Source: Parasitella parasitica NRRL 2501
Taxonomy: Eukaryota > Fungi > Mucoromycota
Length of the DNA: 46,878 bases
Assembly: GCA_025201805.1 (NCBI GenBank)
Contig: MU619417.1
Coordinates: forward strand, 1-46,878
Reading direction: 5' to 3'
Shown: one piece after another, positions 11,785 to 25,127 of the stretch
Position numbering within the stretch: position 1 is the first letter of the stretch
How the letters are laid out: each line of letters starts with the position of its first letter
Translations under genes and position numbers: made by a program
Notes under the pieces: model-generated
The model's input: the letters and a program-made list of their open reading frames with translations, nothing else
Database searches by the model: none
What the model was told of the DNA's origin: nothing

Positions 11785-14700
11785 CTATTCTAACGAAGCA
11801 TATTGAATCCAATCTTTGGTAGCAGCTTTAAACACATGCTGCCCCATCAGCCTTGCTACAATATCCCCCATTGCTTCTTGTTCCACAACAACTTCGGTGG
11901 ATCCAGCAGCATAAGTGTGCCAAAACACTTGATGTTCCGCACTCTGGCGATTCGCTACCGATTTTGCAGACATTTTGCACAACAATTCGTAGTTTGCTTT
12001 CCAGCCCAACGATTGCTTTGTTTGCAACATGCGTCTAGCCATCTCAGCGGACGGTAAAGATCCTGGCAACGATGATTTTGTTCGCAACGCGCATGCTAGT
12101 GTAAAGAGATAGAGATGCACTGCAGCTGCCATTTCTTTTCTATACGAATTGACAGGATTCATGATTGCCTTGCGAACACTGGTAGTGATGAATGTCTGTG
12201 CTTTTTGAATATGCTGAATCCAGTGTAGGATATTACGCTCGTGTTCTAAAATCAGTTCATATTCTTTGATGGGGAAGGGCCCTTTAGTTAACCGTGGTTC
12301 ACTAGCCGCTAATACCAACATTTCATGGACTACGTGCATTTGTTTTGTCAGTATCTTTTGATTACCCTCGCATTCATCAAATGTGGAACGATATCTGTAT
12401 GAGCTCGTATTTTCTTGACACACAAGCGAAACTACTCGAGAGTATTGAATACCAGTTGCAATGAGCAAATCTGCCAAGCTGGTTCTAAGCCTTTTCCTCG
12501 CCCAGACCGGCCAAATAATCTGATCTACCAACATGACTACGATGATAGCAAAGAAAGCCGTAACACTACGCTTCCATACAGGGTCGAAAATAGATTCGTC
12601 TAATGTATTTTCATAGCCGGTAGATGTGATTACCGCAAGCGTCAAGACAGAAATAAACCCGATCCGCGGATATTTGGTATCAAACATGAAATACCACATT
12701 GGAATCTGGAAAATCAGAACCATCACAGCAATTACATATGGATTTTGATTTCGATTACCAGCCAACAAACAAATGTAACCAGCTACTGCACCGATTACTG
12801 TCGCAATAACACGAAATAGGCATTGCAATGCAGTAGAGCCAACTGTATAATTGAATACAACCATGGCGGACAAGAGAGCCCATTGGCCATGGTTGTTATT
12901 GTACAGTTCGTTCGCACCATCGATGGGTAAAAACGCCATTAATACCAGGAGTTCGCATGTGATTGTGAATTTCAAGGCGTATCGAGTAGGTCCATACTGA
13001 AGCCATTTTGTGAGACTATACAGCCATTTATTCCAAATGTAGCGACCCTTGATCTGTTGCAATGGCACTGATTCTGCTTGTTCTGATTCCATTTCTTTCT
13101 CATGCTGCTCTTCTCTAATCAAGATGTCATCCGAAGAACCATTGAGAGCACCTGGATTTGTTTCAATACGACTAACAATTCTGCTAATGCGACGATTCAA
13201 TGCAAGACTTCCTTCGTTTTCATCATCGTCATTTTCATCCTCAAGCAGTTCAGCTGGTCCAGCAACTGTAGATCTTCTGTGCAACTCATGGTTGGTTGTA
13301 GTTTTTTGCATATCCCTTAGATCTTGGTTGTCCAAAATGACCTTTTCAGACATTGACTGTTCTCCTTTATGGGCAGATCCTTTGCTGAGCCACGCATTGA
13401 TATTGACACGCGGAAAATGGATCCTTGATGGCCACCAGCGAGCCTTATTGCTCTTCAGTATCAGTTCTTGCGCATGGTTTTGTAAGATACTCAGTTCCTT
13501 GCCGAACTCCACCAACGTAAAAATAACCGTAAATACTAGAAAGTGGTCCTCGGTTGGCACACTGCTGGATTGATCGTATTCTTGCTGCAGCGTCAATTCA
13601 GTTTCTTTGAATTCGGTCAATGCTGCATCCAAATCAATCTTCGATTTGCTGTGTGGCTTTTGGGTCCTTTTTTTCACAGTAATTGCTTTATGCTCCAACA
13701 GGTCATTTTCGACTTGATCCAATGTCAAAATGCAAGTGTTTATAAATCGTTTGAGCGCAGGTTGAATGGACTGTTGAAGTCTGTCAATGTCTTTGTATTC
13801 CCTGCCTTGCAATAAAGTGTCGCCAGACAACACACTAGCTTGTAACTGATCGTTATTTAACATCGTTAAGTTGGCAGAAGCTGTGGTAGGCAGAAATGGG
13901 CTAATCGATTTTGCTACAGGCAGCTGTCTACTGGATGATATACCAGTTGCCTGGTTTTCATACTCTTGTCGTCTTTTATGGCTGTCCAAATGTGCTTTGA
14001 CCTTCTTTTCCAACATGATACGGACCTCTCGTTTGATTGCCAACGAGAATCCTAGTAAATTTTGCGACAAAATGTACAAGGAATGATGTAATGGCTTGTA
14101 GCACGCAGGTTTGTAATAAGAAACGATGATTTCGTATTTAGCATCTTGCCTCGCAGCCTTCATACTACTAATGTCCTTTTGAAGCTTGTTGTTCAATCCT
14201 TGAAGCTTTGTACTGGCAGATACATCCCCTGTCATCACACCGGAATCATCGTTTTTCAGCAGATCTTGGTGAACAAAAGACAGAACATCTATCATTGATT
14301 CAATTGTATTTCCAATGGATCGTCTACAATTGGTTCAATTAGCCGTTTTTTGATCTGTCATAGATTCTGCAATAAAAAAAAAAGGCTTACTCTGCTGCCT
14401 TTGCTGCAGTTTCGGGCCACAGCAGCAGATTGACGATCAATGCAATGGCTCCGCCAATCAGTACAGGATAAAATGTGTTTACAACATCCATAACATTGAA
14501 CTCTGTATTATAAGCACCCAGAGTAATAATGAAGAAGGGCATTGTGAAGCCTTGCAAAGCCGGGATATATAGTCGAGGGTATTTCAACCTTAAATAGGCT
14601 ATAACGAACACGCAGATGCCGAATCCAATAGCACCAATGACACCAGCGCCGTTACTGTATAAATGGGAGTGTCCATTCAGTCGAGCATAATTATACACTG

Positions 14701-14968
14701 TACACAACTTGACAACAATGCCACTCCAGACAGCAGCAGGTGCCATTGTCAATATGTTGAGCAACATGCCCATGATCTGGTTGCCGGCCGTTCCGCTTGC
14801 GTTGAAAAATAAAGTTCCAAGTGGCACAAGGTATGGTGGACTACCTGCAACTTTATAAAATGCAGGAATTAGCACAAGAATAGTTGCTATTTCATAGGCT
14901 ATCATGCATTTCGTAATAATCCTCCATAATTCTCCTTTGCCTTTAAAAAAAAGTAAAGGAGATTTCAT
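11785..14968 (-). CDS. ArAE/FUSC-family (aromatic acid exporter/ALMT-like) membrane transporter, 2 exons
   Basis: Two multi-TM modules (ending LLWPETA and IIWPVWAR); RYALK; GQWALLSAMVVFNYTVG; RVIATVIGAVAGY; EPRL motif. Intron ~14389-14324. Confidence 0.85.
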
Positions 14969-15314
14969 ATTGTGTGATAAAGTAAAGAGTAAGAGAGAGC
15001 AGAGAAAAAGAAGATGGATGATGAAAAGAGACGTTTTTGCTCTTCTGTACGGCCCGTGCGGATGGCTGCAAATAAAAAGCAGCTTGGATGAGTATATCCG
15101 AAACACCAAGCATATGCTCTACCGAGAGAGATAAAAACTACTGCTGATCTAATTGACAGGCAAGTTTAAGAAATCGTAAAGAACAGCCTATACAAACAAA
15201 TGCTGCTTTTTAGCCCCCCCCAATGACACGATCCAAACATTGATATATGATGTGCACGTATTACAGTATAAATAATTTTTTATGTTACATTCTATTACTG
15301 TCAAGCAATAAAAA

Positions 15315-16862
15315 CTACTCTTTTTTGACAGGGACAAACTCAATTGTACCCTTTGGGCCAACTTCAGCGTAATACGAAGGATGGCCACCCGAAGATTTTT
15401 GAGCATACCCAGGATGTTTCTTTTTAATCAATGCATCGACAACTTCTGCCGGTGCTGCAGGGAAAATCGCGGTAGATTTCTCAAACAATTGGGAGGCAGA
15501 ATCATTAGCAGCAGCAATGGCATTCAATCTATTATCCACAAGAGCCGTGTTAGCCATGTACTTTCCAAAAATCATTCGCTTACAATCTGGATTTTTCAAA
15601 TCGAGGTTCAACACGGGAAGCTAAATAGAAATCACCAGGCCCCTTTAATTTTACAAAATCCTATACAACCATGTTGTCAATAAACTTGTGCCACGTTAAG
15701 CAATAAGCACTTACAGGCGCACCCAACATTAAATTACGGATAGTCTTGCATAAACTATCGAGATATTGTAACTTGGGTTGAAGAGAAGGGCTATCCACAA
15801 TATTTCTGACTACCTCAAATTTTCGAAGTTTAGATTTAGGCGAAGGGACAATGGGATGGCGAGCATGGAGTCTGGTAGGTTTTGTACGCTTATCCCACAT
15901 AACCAAATTACGAGGATTCGCTTGATATTCCTCCCCTGCAGCAAGCGAAATACGATATATGCCACCGTAATGGCTCAGGGCTAGTGTTCCTGGACCGACG
16001 ACAGTATGAATCAATTTATTCATCAGACCCTAAAACAGTCAATATAGGTTAGCATATAGCTTTCATTAAACAATCCAACAGTGCTTACAGTTTCATCATG
16101 ATTTACGCCCAAATCAAATGTCACTTTTTCTGTCTTGGCTAAAAAGGCATCACGTCTCATAACGTACTTTGTACTGTTCTTCAAGTTAATGGTTGTAATC
16201 TCGCCTAGACGAGGAGGGGCTAATAAAATGTCGCCGGCTGCATTTTTGGTATAGTACTATGTGGACAAATTATAATCAAAGTATTGGGAGGGAGGCGGGG
16301 GCGGGGGCGGGGGCGGTTCAACTACAACTTACTTTTTGATAAAACATAGCATCGCCAACCAGCTTTCTGCCAATTGATTTCACGGTGCTTTTATCGAGAG
16401 ACAACTTTGAAGCAACTTTAGTGGAGAGACCTAAGGCTGATCCAGTTGCCGCAGTAATTTCAGTATCAGGAGGTAGCTATAAGGATATAAAAGCTTAATT
16501 GAGCGTTCCTAGCAGCCATGACGAACTCACTTTGACCAACAATGCTGATCCTACAACATGTGTTAGTTGCAATGGAATGGCCGGAATGAGGCAATACATT
16601 ACCAACGCCAGAATTCACCACTTCAAAGATGGGTTCTGTTTCATTTTCCATATCGACGTCTACTCAAATGTTAGGCTCTTGGTTAATTTGCTTTCCACGA
16701 TGGAGGTATACCATCGCCAACTTCAGAAATGACGTTTGTAGGGCCATTAACGGTGTGTTGAAATGACTTTAATGATCGGTCAATAGTCTCAATTTTATGC
16801 GCTTGGTTGAAAGCAAGTCCAACATACGTGCGGCGAGATGCCACTACTAGATGCCTGTACAT
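15315..16862 (-). CDS. AIM24: Mitochondrial AIM24-family protein, multi-exon
   Basis: Targeting-like N-terminus MYRHLVVASRR; exons encode GDILLAPPRLGEI, RRDAFLA, GPGTLALSHYGGIYRISLAAGEEYQANPRNLVMWD. Confidence 0.8.
16286..16316 (+). repeat. G-rich (GGGGGC)n tract with G-quadruplex potential, inside an AIM24 intron
   Basis: GGGAGGGAGGCGGGGGCGGGGGCGGGGGCGG: five runs of at least 3 G. Confidence 0.8.
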
Positions 16863-17024
16863 ATTCGACAAAAGACAAAATGTGAAGATGGAAAGGGAAG
16901 GGATGAGAAAACAAATTCTTGGGTGTCGCTTTTTACAAACCCCGGGGTGGTATTGAACAAAGGAAGAGAGAGAGAGAGGGAAGGCGCGTATTAAACTTCT
17001 TCTCATTCTAAACCAACAAGCAGT

Positions 17025-17088
17025 ATGGATAGTGTAAATAGATATTATTTATAGCATTATGTCAAATCAACTGATATTTTATTTTCTA

Positions 17089-17123
<35 letters not shown>

Positions 17124-18268
17124 CCAACAGAAAAGCGAAAAAATTAGACAATTAAGGAATGTCATCAACTTGGGGTAGAGTAGAATCAAGCGGGTGTCTT
17201 TTCATCAAAATGCTAACTTGAACTGTAGCGAACGAGAAAGTTCAAGAATATTGGAAGCTTGTAATTGGGACGTCATGGCAGCACTGAATCATATTTATGA
17301 CCAAGAAACACGACAGCAACGGCAACAGCAACCACAGAGCTTCAAATCTTCAAAAGCTAGTACCCGAAATATCAACAACTTGTTTGATAATTACAAAGGT
17401 AGTCAGGTCAACCAAAATCAGCCATTCGTTTTAGTCACCATGAGGCTTGAACAAAGTTAGAGATTAATTTCTATATTTTATGCGCATAGATAATGAAAAA
17501 CCAGACCTGATTACTATTGATGGCACTATGCGACTATGCCAAGATCTCGAGATTGAACCTACTCAACTGGAGTTTTTATTGGTATCCCATCATTTAGGGT
17601 CTGAACGGATGGGCGAATTCACACGCGACGCATTCATCAAGGGGTGTCTTAATCTACAAGTTGATACACTTGAAAAATTAAAGCAGACAGTAAATACTAC
17701 CTTGAAGCAGCAGTTTCAAAAAGATGAAGGTTTCAGAAGGGTTTACAGTTATGCATTTTTGCTGGGTAGACAAACCGGCCAAAAGAGTCTATGTAAAGTT
17801 TCGTGCAAGTGCGTTGATTAGATGGCTAACGTGTTTAAAATAGCCTTAGAAGCCGCTACAGAACTCTGGAGATTGCTACTGAAGGATAGATTCAACTTAT
17901 TAGAGGAATGGATCAAGTTTTTGGAAGTATGAATCCTGTAATAACACATCTAATTTGGGAAAAAGGTATACTGATAAGATGCATGATAATGTAGGAGAAG
18001 CACGGTAAAGCAATTTCTCGTGATACCTGGAACCTCGTAAGTGTTTGCTTGGAAAAAAAAAAAAAAAAAAAAAGTCTGTACATTTTGTTCTGAATTATTG
18101 CATACAGTTTCTTGATTTTGCCAGCCAACAAAATTTAGATATGCAGACATATGATTCAGAGGGAGCTTGGCCCATTTTGATTGACGAGGTACCTTGAAAC
18201 TGCTTATATAAGTCGCTCAAATGCATATTGACCTTTATTCGTAGTTTGTAGAATACATGCAAAATTGA
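17025..18268 (+). CDS. DCN1: DCN1-like cullin neddylation E3 (UBA-like + PONY domain), multi-exon
   Basis: Spliced MDSKSEKIRQLRNV...ILEACNWDVMAAL; ITIDGTMRLCQDL; MGEFTR; GQKSL; ISRDTWNL; YDSEGAWPILIDEFVEY. Confidence 0.93.
17091..17120. repeat. (TTA)n microsatellite in DCN1 intron 1
   Basis: About ten TTA units. Confidence 0.9.
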
Positions 18269-19242
18269 TTTCTAGAGCAAGCATTAATAAATCGCACTTC
18301 AGACAATTTGTGTGGTCTATCCATTTGATTTACTCTGATTGGAGTTTATAGGCGGGGATCACTTTGCCTCCATCATCAGGGTTATTTGATGATAGTGCAT
18401 CAGAACTTTGTATCAATCACATGTAGAAACTGATATGTAAATGCTAGGTGTACATTAGAGCCCTAATATTAAACGGCAAAAGAATTGCACACAACACTTT
18501 CAAACTTTTTCTTGCGGTAGATGGTAATGAGCTTGAAGATATCTTGTGGTTTGAGATTCTTTATATCGTTTTATCAAGACCGTAGCTTGAGATGTTTCAG
18601 AAGAGTCTTCGGTGTGGGTTATATTTTTCTTTTTGTCTAAATCAAAACTACAGATAGGCGCTGCACTTTTCTTGCTTCTTTCAACATTTTATTTACTCTG
18701 TTTAGAGAGCTTTTATTTTAAATGAAAATACACGATCTTGTCATTTTGTCTAAAAAAACAAAAAGAGAAAAGATGAATAACGTTACTGGACCTGCAGAAT
18801 AATTTGTCATTTATCCACTTGAAAATATATTGAGCAACGGCGTATCATGCTAATTATAGGGTATATGATTAACAATGGACGCAGCACAGCTTTTATTGAT
18901 TGATCATTTTTTTGACATAGGCCCGTAAGTCGAACCTCTTTAGCTTGCATTAACATGTCTACAAAGTCATTCAAACAACCACGACACCATTGTCAATCTA
19001 ACTTTTTGCAACAGCTTTTCGACGTTAGAGACTGAATTTTCATGATGTATTCATATTGTTCATGTACGGCATACTGTTGGTGGCATTCGCCTGCCTTAAA
19101 TTACCTTCAATGTAGCAATGTCTTTGAAGCTACAACCAGTGGCGATGTGACTGGAAAGACAAAACTTGACATTTAATAACCCTGGGCCATGTCAAAGATT
19201 ATCGTTTCTCTTTTTCACAAATCCATCTACAACCATCATACA

Positions 19243-19609
19243 ATGTTTGGAGTTATCAAGTCTATTCCAAGAGGTGCAAGTCGTTTACAGTTAACAGCAA
19301 AGAAGGGACACAACTATTACAAAGGTAATTTTACAAAAATTTCAATACATCTCGATGCATATATTCTGAAGGTTAGAATGATCAGGTACTGGCTCTGGTG
19401 CTATGGGTAGACATACCAAGAATGGAGGTTATTTAGTTGATTGGAATAAAGTTAGAACTTTTGTTGTACCTGATCTCGAAGGATTCACAGTATGTATTAT
19501 TCACTGGAAGAACAACCTGGTTAATGAGTGACAATGTCTTGTTTTGTAGCTTGGACCTTATGTTTCTCGCAAAACTCCCATTTTAGCTAAAAAGAATGCC
19601 GCCATCTAA
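19243..19609 (+). CDS. MRPL27: Mitochondrial ribosomal protein mL41 (yeast MRPL27), 3 exons
   Basis: RGASRLQLTAKKGHNYYKG|TGSGAMGRHTKNGGYLVDWNKVRTFVVP...LGPYVS. Confidence 0.92.
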
Positions 19610-19777
19610 TATTCTGTTAACACCATTTAGTCAGCTTGATGGATAAATAGACCTTTATAGCTATTTATTACAAAATAACAAAAAAAAAAAAAATTGTGTA
19701 TAGTAATTCATTTATTTTTATTTGTGTGTTTGCATGTGTGTGGATGGGAGCGAGCATTCTAGATCAACCTGCGGTAT

Positions 19778-22700
19778 CTAAAGGCTTGTATCCATATTTT
19801 CAACCTTCTTGTTTTTTTGTTTTGCTTTCCACTCTGCAATCTTTTCTTTCAATTCAGTTGCAGGCTCAACCATTTCCAAGGTTAACGGTTTACGGTTGAA
19901 AGGATCACGAGTATCACCCAGCAAATACGTACGAATAGTACTGAGATCGACAATGACTTGAGATGTAGGTAATAGAACGGGATCTTCCATCAGAGAAAAG
20001 AAAATGGGGTCTATTTACAATGGTTCATGTCAATAACTACACATTTGACAAACGGCAAACTTACCCAAGAACTCATCAGGAATCTCGCCCAATTCCTCCT
20101 CTTCCTCAACTCCGCTTTGAATAGCCAATTCAACACTCTGCACGAACTTTTCAAGCGCACGAATGTCATCGACTGATCTCAAGCCATGCTTTTGCAGAAT
20201 AGAAGCAGCCTTTGAAAAATATTCTTTGCGATAAGATCTACCATCATGAGCAACAGCTTCAACAAAAGTAGGTGAATTCAAATTCAGATATACGTCGATG
20301 ATCTCGGATAGTAATTTACGAGGTTGGAAATGGTACTTTTCAGGGTTGGCCACCTTGAGCTCAGTACATTTGGGTCCCACTAGTTGCACTAAATTGTAGT
20401 CCAACATGGCAGCCAGACGATCCACAATTTCGTTGACCAAGAAGGGTTCGATGACCTCGGCTGTCATGTATTTAAGCATATGTACAGTTTCGTTGCCAAG
20501 CGCAACATACGATTGAGCTTGTCTTTCTAACGATGGAAGACTACCTTCACGTTCTTGGCGATGTTGCTTAGGAACAAGGGGTGAGAATGCAGGCACAATA
20601 TGTAACATGGCGGAACTTACAGGTGTTTGTGCTTCCCAGGCAGCCCTATCCTTCATTTCTAGCTGAATTTGATGAATTTCAGTGAGTTTACTCAAGCTTT
20701 CGTCCATGAGGTAGGTCACATCGCTCATCAACATGTTGACAAAGCGAGTAAAAGTTTTAGAATTCCTAGCGTATGTTGTTGTTCAGTATAGAGATATATA
20801 TCATATATCATTGGCTGCTTCAACTCACTGGCTTTCTTCTCTCAACTTGGCACGATGAGCAGGATGGCTCCATATCGTCTTCATGATATGACTGATATTG
20901 TAGCGAATGTTAAACTTATCGTAAAACTGTGAACTAGCACCAGTTTGCTCAACTTCTGCTACATGGTTCAGCACAAATCCTGAGAATGCAATGACATTGA
21001 AAACTTACCGACGTAGAAATTCATCAAAGAAGGCACCAAATGTTGCAATGCCAACGGATGAGAGTTAAGGATAGATTCCAATTCCCCCGGCACGCCCTTG
21101 GCAATAGGATAGGTAAAGAAGAACAAAATCTCCACCAGTTTAGCTTTCAGATAAGGGTTCTTTACGTATTTCGTGCTTCGTAAGAAGGTAATGATAAAGG
21201 TGACAAGTTCATCATGGGGACATTGCATCATGACTCGCGTTTCATACCCGTGCTTGCCAATAAAGATAAACAATTCGACGATATCTTCGATGATCCATTC
21301 GGGAAGCATAGCAAATGCTTCAGGGACAGTATCTGGTAATGGCAAATTCACTTTCTCCCAAGGATGTTTGTGTTTGGGGTCGGCGATACGGATTACCCAT
21401 GCCATGACGAGATCGTAGAAGCGCAAGGCTTCAGTCAAAAAGACAGGATCCAGCAGCATAGTTTCGTAAGCCAAACGGTAAGTTGTCATTTGCTCAAATT
21501 TGGCCTTCATTCTTTTAGCAACAAAGTCGCTCATTACACCTTGGGGAGTCTAACATTCGCGTTGTGAGTTAATGCAATGCGGTTGGTAATACTGTCTTAC
21601 ATTGGCTGTGCGGAGAGCATCTGCTTGGGCCTTGTCGTTCTGCTTCCTGACTTCATTGTATTCACGCATAAATTCATTGTAATTCACCAATGCTCGGATT
21701 GGGCCATAATGCATGAATGCCAGTGTCATAAAAAATATCTCGGTAATAAAGTTATGCTCTATACATAAAAAAAAAAAAAAAGAAAAAAAAAGAAAAAGGC
21801 TTGTTGGACCAAACGTTCAAATCATAAAAAGCGTATTCTGTGTTTACCTTTCAACTCTTGTTCTTGCCCATAATAAGCATCTGATTGTTCTTTGGTGGCA
21901 TTGATCTTTGTATCCTCAGAGATATTTAAGCGTTTGCTTGTACGAAGGAATGTCGTGTCAATTTTGTCAATTTTAGAGGCGCGAATATCCAGGAATGGAT
22001 CACAAAAAGATAAAAGAACAGCAGCAATGTTGTGCATGAGTCCATCAGAGGACACAGTCTCCAAGTCGACTTGCATTTGTGCTCTCTTCTCGTTCAATCT
22101 GATAATGTGTCCAAAATACTCTAATAAATGATTCCTTGCTTCTGCGTTCGCTCTAACGATCGCGTTACTAATCCCAAACATTGATCTCTGGTTTTTTTTA
22201 AGGTTAGCTGAGCATATCCTTGTCACTTGTGCTTGCAAAATCGTATACCTGGATATTTTGTACACTGCCTCGAAGGCCGTTTTTGCACGACGCAAGGTCA
22301 GCCGCATTTCTGTTTTCTGAGTTTTGAAAGTAGGATTCAGCAACCTTTGGCTGAATCAATCTGAAGTTAGCGTCAGAATTTGAATGGAAAGACGCACCAA
22401 CTTACTGCAGTATCCGGATATGCGCTCAACCGGAAAAAGGGACCAAGAAGTGAGACTTCCTCGATATTTTTCGCTGTTGCATCAGGAGGGTTGAATTCAG
22501 GAAGCCCGACCATCTAACTTTAAAGTGATTAAATGCATTACTCTGTTATGATAGTGATGAATTTACCATTGAAGCAACAGCCTTGTTCTCGCACAAGTAA
22601 GAGACTGATTGGATGCTAGTTTTGCAATCTTCCAAAATATTCCGCAAAGAAAGTTCTCTCGAGATAGCTGCAAAGGCAGGGCCAAGGATCTGTACAGACT

Positions 22701-23913
22701 GATTATTATCTAGCATCGGAATACGGCCATTACTTCCATACCATATCAAGTCCGTCATTATTGAAGCGATTGACCAACTCGACGATATACTCGCTTGGCA
22801 ACCCTTGAGCCTGGTCTGGCTGAACTTTAATGCGAGGTACAAGTTGCTCTGCTGCTCCAACAGGGGCACTAAACCAATAAACAAGGCGTGTTAATTGAGC
22901 ATTTCTCGATTTGGCCATGCCTGCTTACTTTTGAATTTGAGGAAACATGTCAGGCATCTGAAGCACGAGTCCAGAATAAGACACAATCAAAGCTTTAACA
23001 TTATCCAGTACTGCCAATCTCTGATCAAGAACAGACTTTTCCAGAGTTTTGCTTCTTTGAACTGTGTTCTTGCGAATTTCGTAGGCTGTCTTCCAGCAAT
23101 TCAAAAGATAATCGAAATGCAACGTATATAAAGTGTTTGCAATGTCTCGAGGCAGTTCGTTGTGCTGTTCAGTAGGATCTAGCGAAAGTCTGGCAACAAT
23201 AATACGGTCCAAATATTGCTGATTAAGCTTATGAGGTCGAGGCTCTAGGTTATTTTGGCCGAATTAGCAAGAGTTTTCTGTTGCAGCATTATGCTGTATC
23301 CTCGTACCTTGCTCTTCGACAAGTTCATCAGACAAGCCAGCCAGATATACACACTTTCCTTGTTCATGCATGGCGTCGGGCTATTTTGCAAGTTAGATCG
23401 GCTTGGTTGGATGTCATTTCTTGTGATACGACTTACATTCAAAGTTACTTGCAAGATGCGAGAAAGGACTACATCCTGCCAATCTTCAAAGCTTTTGGCT
23501 GCTTTTACTACAGGTTGTTGCTGCGATTGAGAGGTTGTGGCAGGTGTGTGTGCAGGCTGAGTTGGCTAGTAGTTGCATGCATTTAAGCCTTTTGAAAACT
23601 AATGCGTGTTGACTTCAACTTACCTCTGTCTTGGGGGTTGTAGCATTGACAGGCAGAGGCGTCTTTTTAGGCTTCTTTAACGGCATCGCCTCATCTAGCG
23701 TCTGGAGCACTGGCCTATTTGCAATACTAGATTTGTGCTCGGGTGAATTCGATTGAGCTTCTACTGGTGATGATTGTGTTGCCGGCGCTTGTTGTTGCTG
23801 TTGCATCTTTGCCAAACGCTTGAGACGAATCTGTGGCAATACAAGGATTAGAACAATGTGCCATATCATTGCTATTTTCAACGTTTTTCTTTTACTTTAT
23901 CAGCGTCAGACAT
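19778..23913 (-). CDS. UFD2: Ubiquitin conjugation factor E4 (U-box), multi-exon
   Basis: N-terminus MSDADK|IRLKRLAKM; KNPYLKAKLVEILF; QFYDKFNIRYNI; RLAAMLDYNL..LVGPKC; U-box IPDEFL|DPIFFSLMEDPVLLP...DPFNRKPL. Confidence 0.97.
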
Positions 23914-24145
23914 TGTTTGCTCGCTATTATCCATGGTTCGTATTCAAGCTGGGAAGACACCCACTCATTTTACATTGCAAACGCGCATTTATACACCATG
24001 ATTCCAAACAGCCACGTCATATACTAGGAACACCACCAAAGCATACATGCGACATATTAAATCGGTTGTTTGGCATAGACTTTTTTTCCATGTAATTGGG
24101 GGCAATATGATGATTGACTGTAGCTTATACATACATTATGTATGC

Positions 24146-24176
<31 letters not shown>
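24146..24176. repeat. (TA)n microsatellite
   Basis: Interrupted TA run in the UFD2-CAB5 intergenic region. Confidence 0.9.
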
Positions 24177-24339
24177 GCTGTATCGATACTTACCGATACA
24201 ACGCTACGGATTGATCTTTTGTTAATCTGTTGGGATGGTTCGTGCCTCTCCCTTTGAACATCCGGCTGGCATGCTTAATTTGTAATTTTTTTTACACAAG
24301 CATTTCTTCTCTTTTCACACATTTGAGCGTATAACAGTA

Positions 24340-25121
24340 ATGAAACTCATTGGATTAACAGGCGGCATCTCGACAGGTAGCATATATTTATGCATAAATT
24401 AAGCGTAATTACATATTCGTTAATTCTCCCAACTCAAGGAAAATCAACTGTATCAGTGATGCTGAGTGAACATAATATTCCCATAATCGACGCAGATAAG
24501 ATTGCAAGAGACATTGTCGAGCCAGGCAGGAAAGCAAACCAGCTAATTCGACAACATTTCGGCGACCAAGTCTTCTTGCCTAACGGCCATCTCGACAGAC
24601 CAAAACTTGGCCAAATAGTATTTCAAGACGCTGAAAAACGAAAGATATTAAATCGCTGTACGCATCCGTATGTACGGCTTGAGATGCTGAAGCAAGCGTT
24701 TATTTATTGGATCAAAGGCGCCAATATGGTGGTATTTGATGTGCCATTGCTGATTGAGAGTAAGCTGGATAGATTTATGAGCACTACAGTCGTTGTATAC
24801 TGCTCAGATGTGCTTCAACTGCAGCGGTTAAGGAAAAGAGATAATTTGTCTGAAGAACAAGCGTTGCAACGCATGAAAGCACAAATGCCAATGTCAGAAA
24901 AAGTGGCTAAAGCAGATATAGTACTGGACAATTCTAGTGATTTGAATCAGCTGGAAATTCAGGTGAATAATATGATCAAGAAACTTAAACCGTCTACATT
25001 TACATGGCTATTCGAATATGCTGGTCCTCCCGTAGCCTTGGTTCTGCTCTCTGTACTAGCTAAACAGTATGCCCCTACTTTATTAAGAACTATTGGTGAC
25101 AGCATTGCCACCTTGAAGTAA
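24340..25121 (+). CDS. CAB5: Dephospho-CoA kinase, 2 exons
   Basis: MKLIGLTGGISTG|KSTV P-loop; IIDADKIAR; LDRPKLG; THPYV; DVPLLIE; RMKAQMP. Confidence 0.96.
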
Positions 25122-25127
25122 TAAAAA

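Noticed and set aside
18440-19150. Protein-like minus-strand fragments between DCN1 and MRPL27
   Set aside because: Many stops and no recognisable motif; may be a pseudogene but unsupported.
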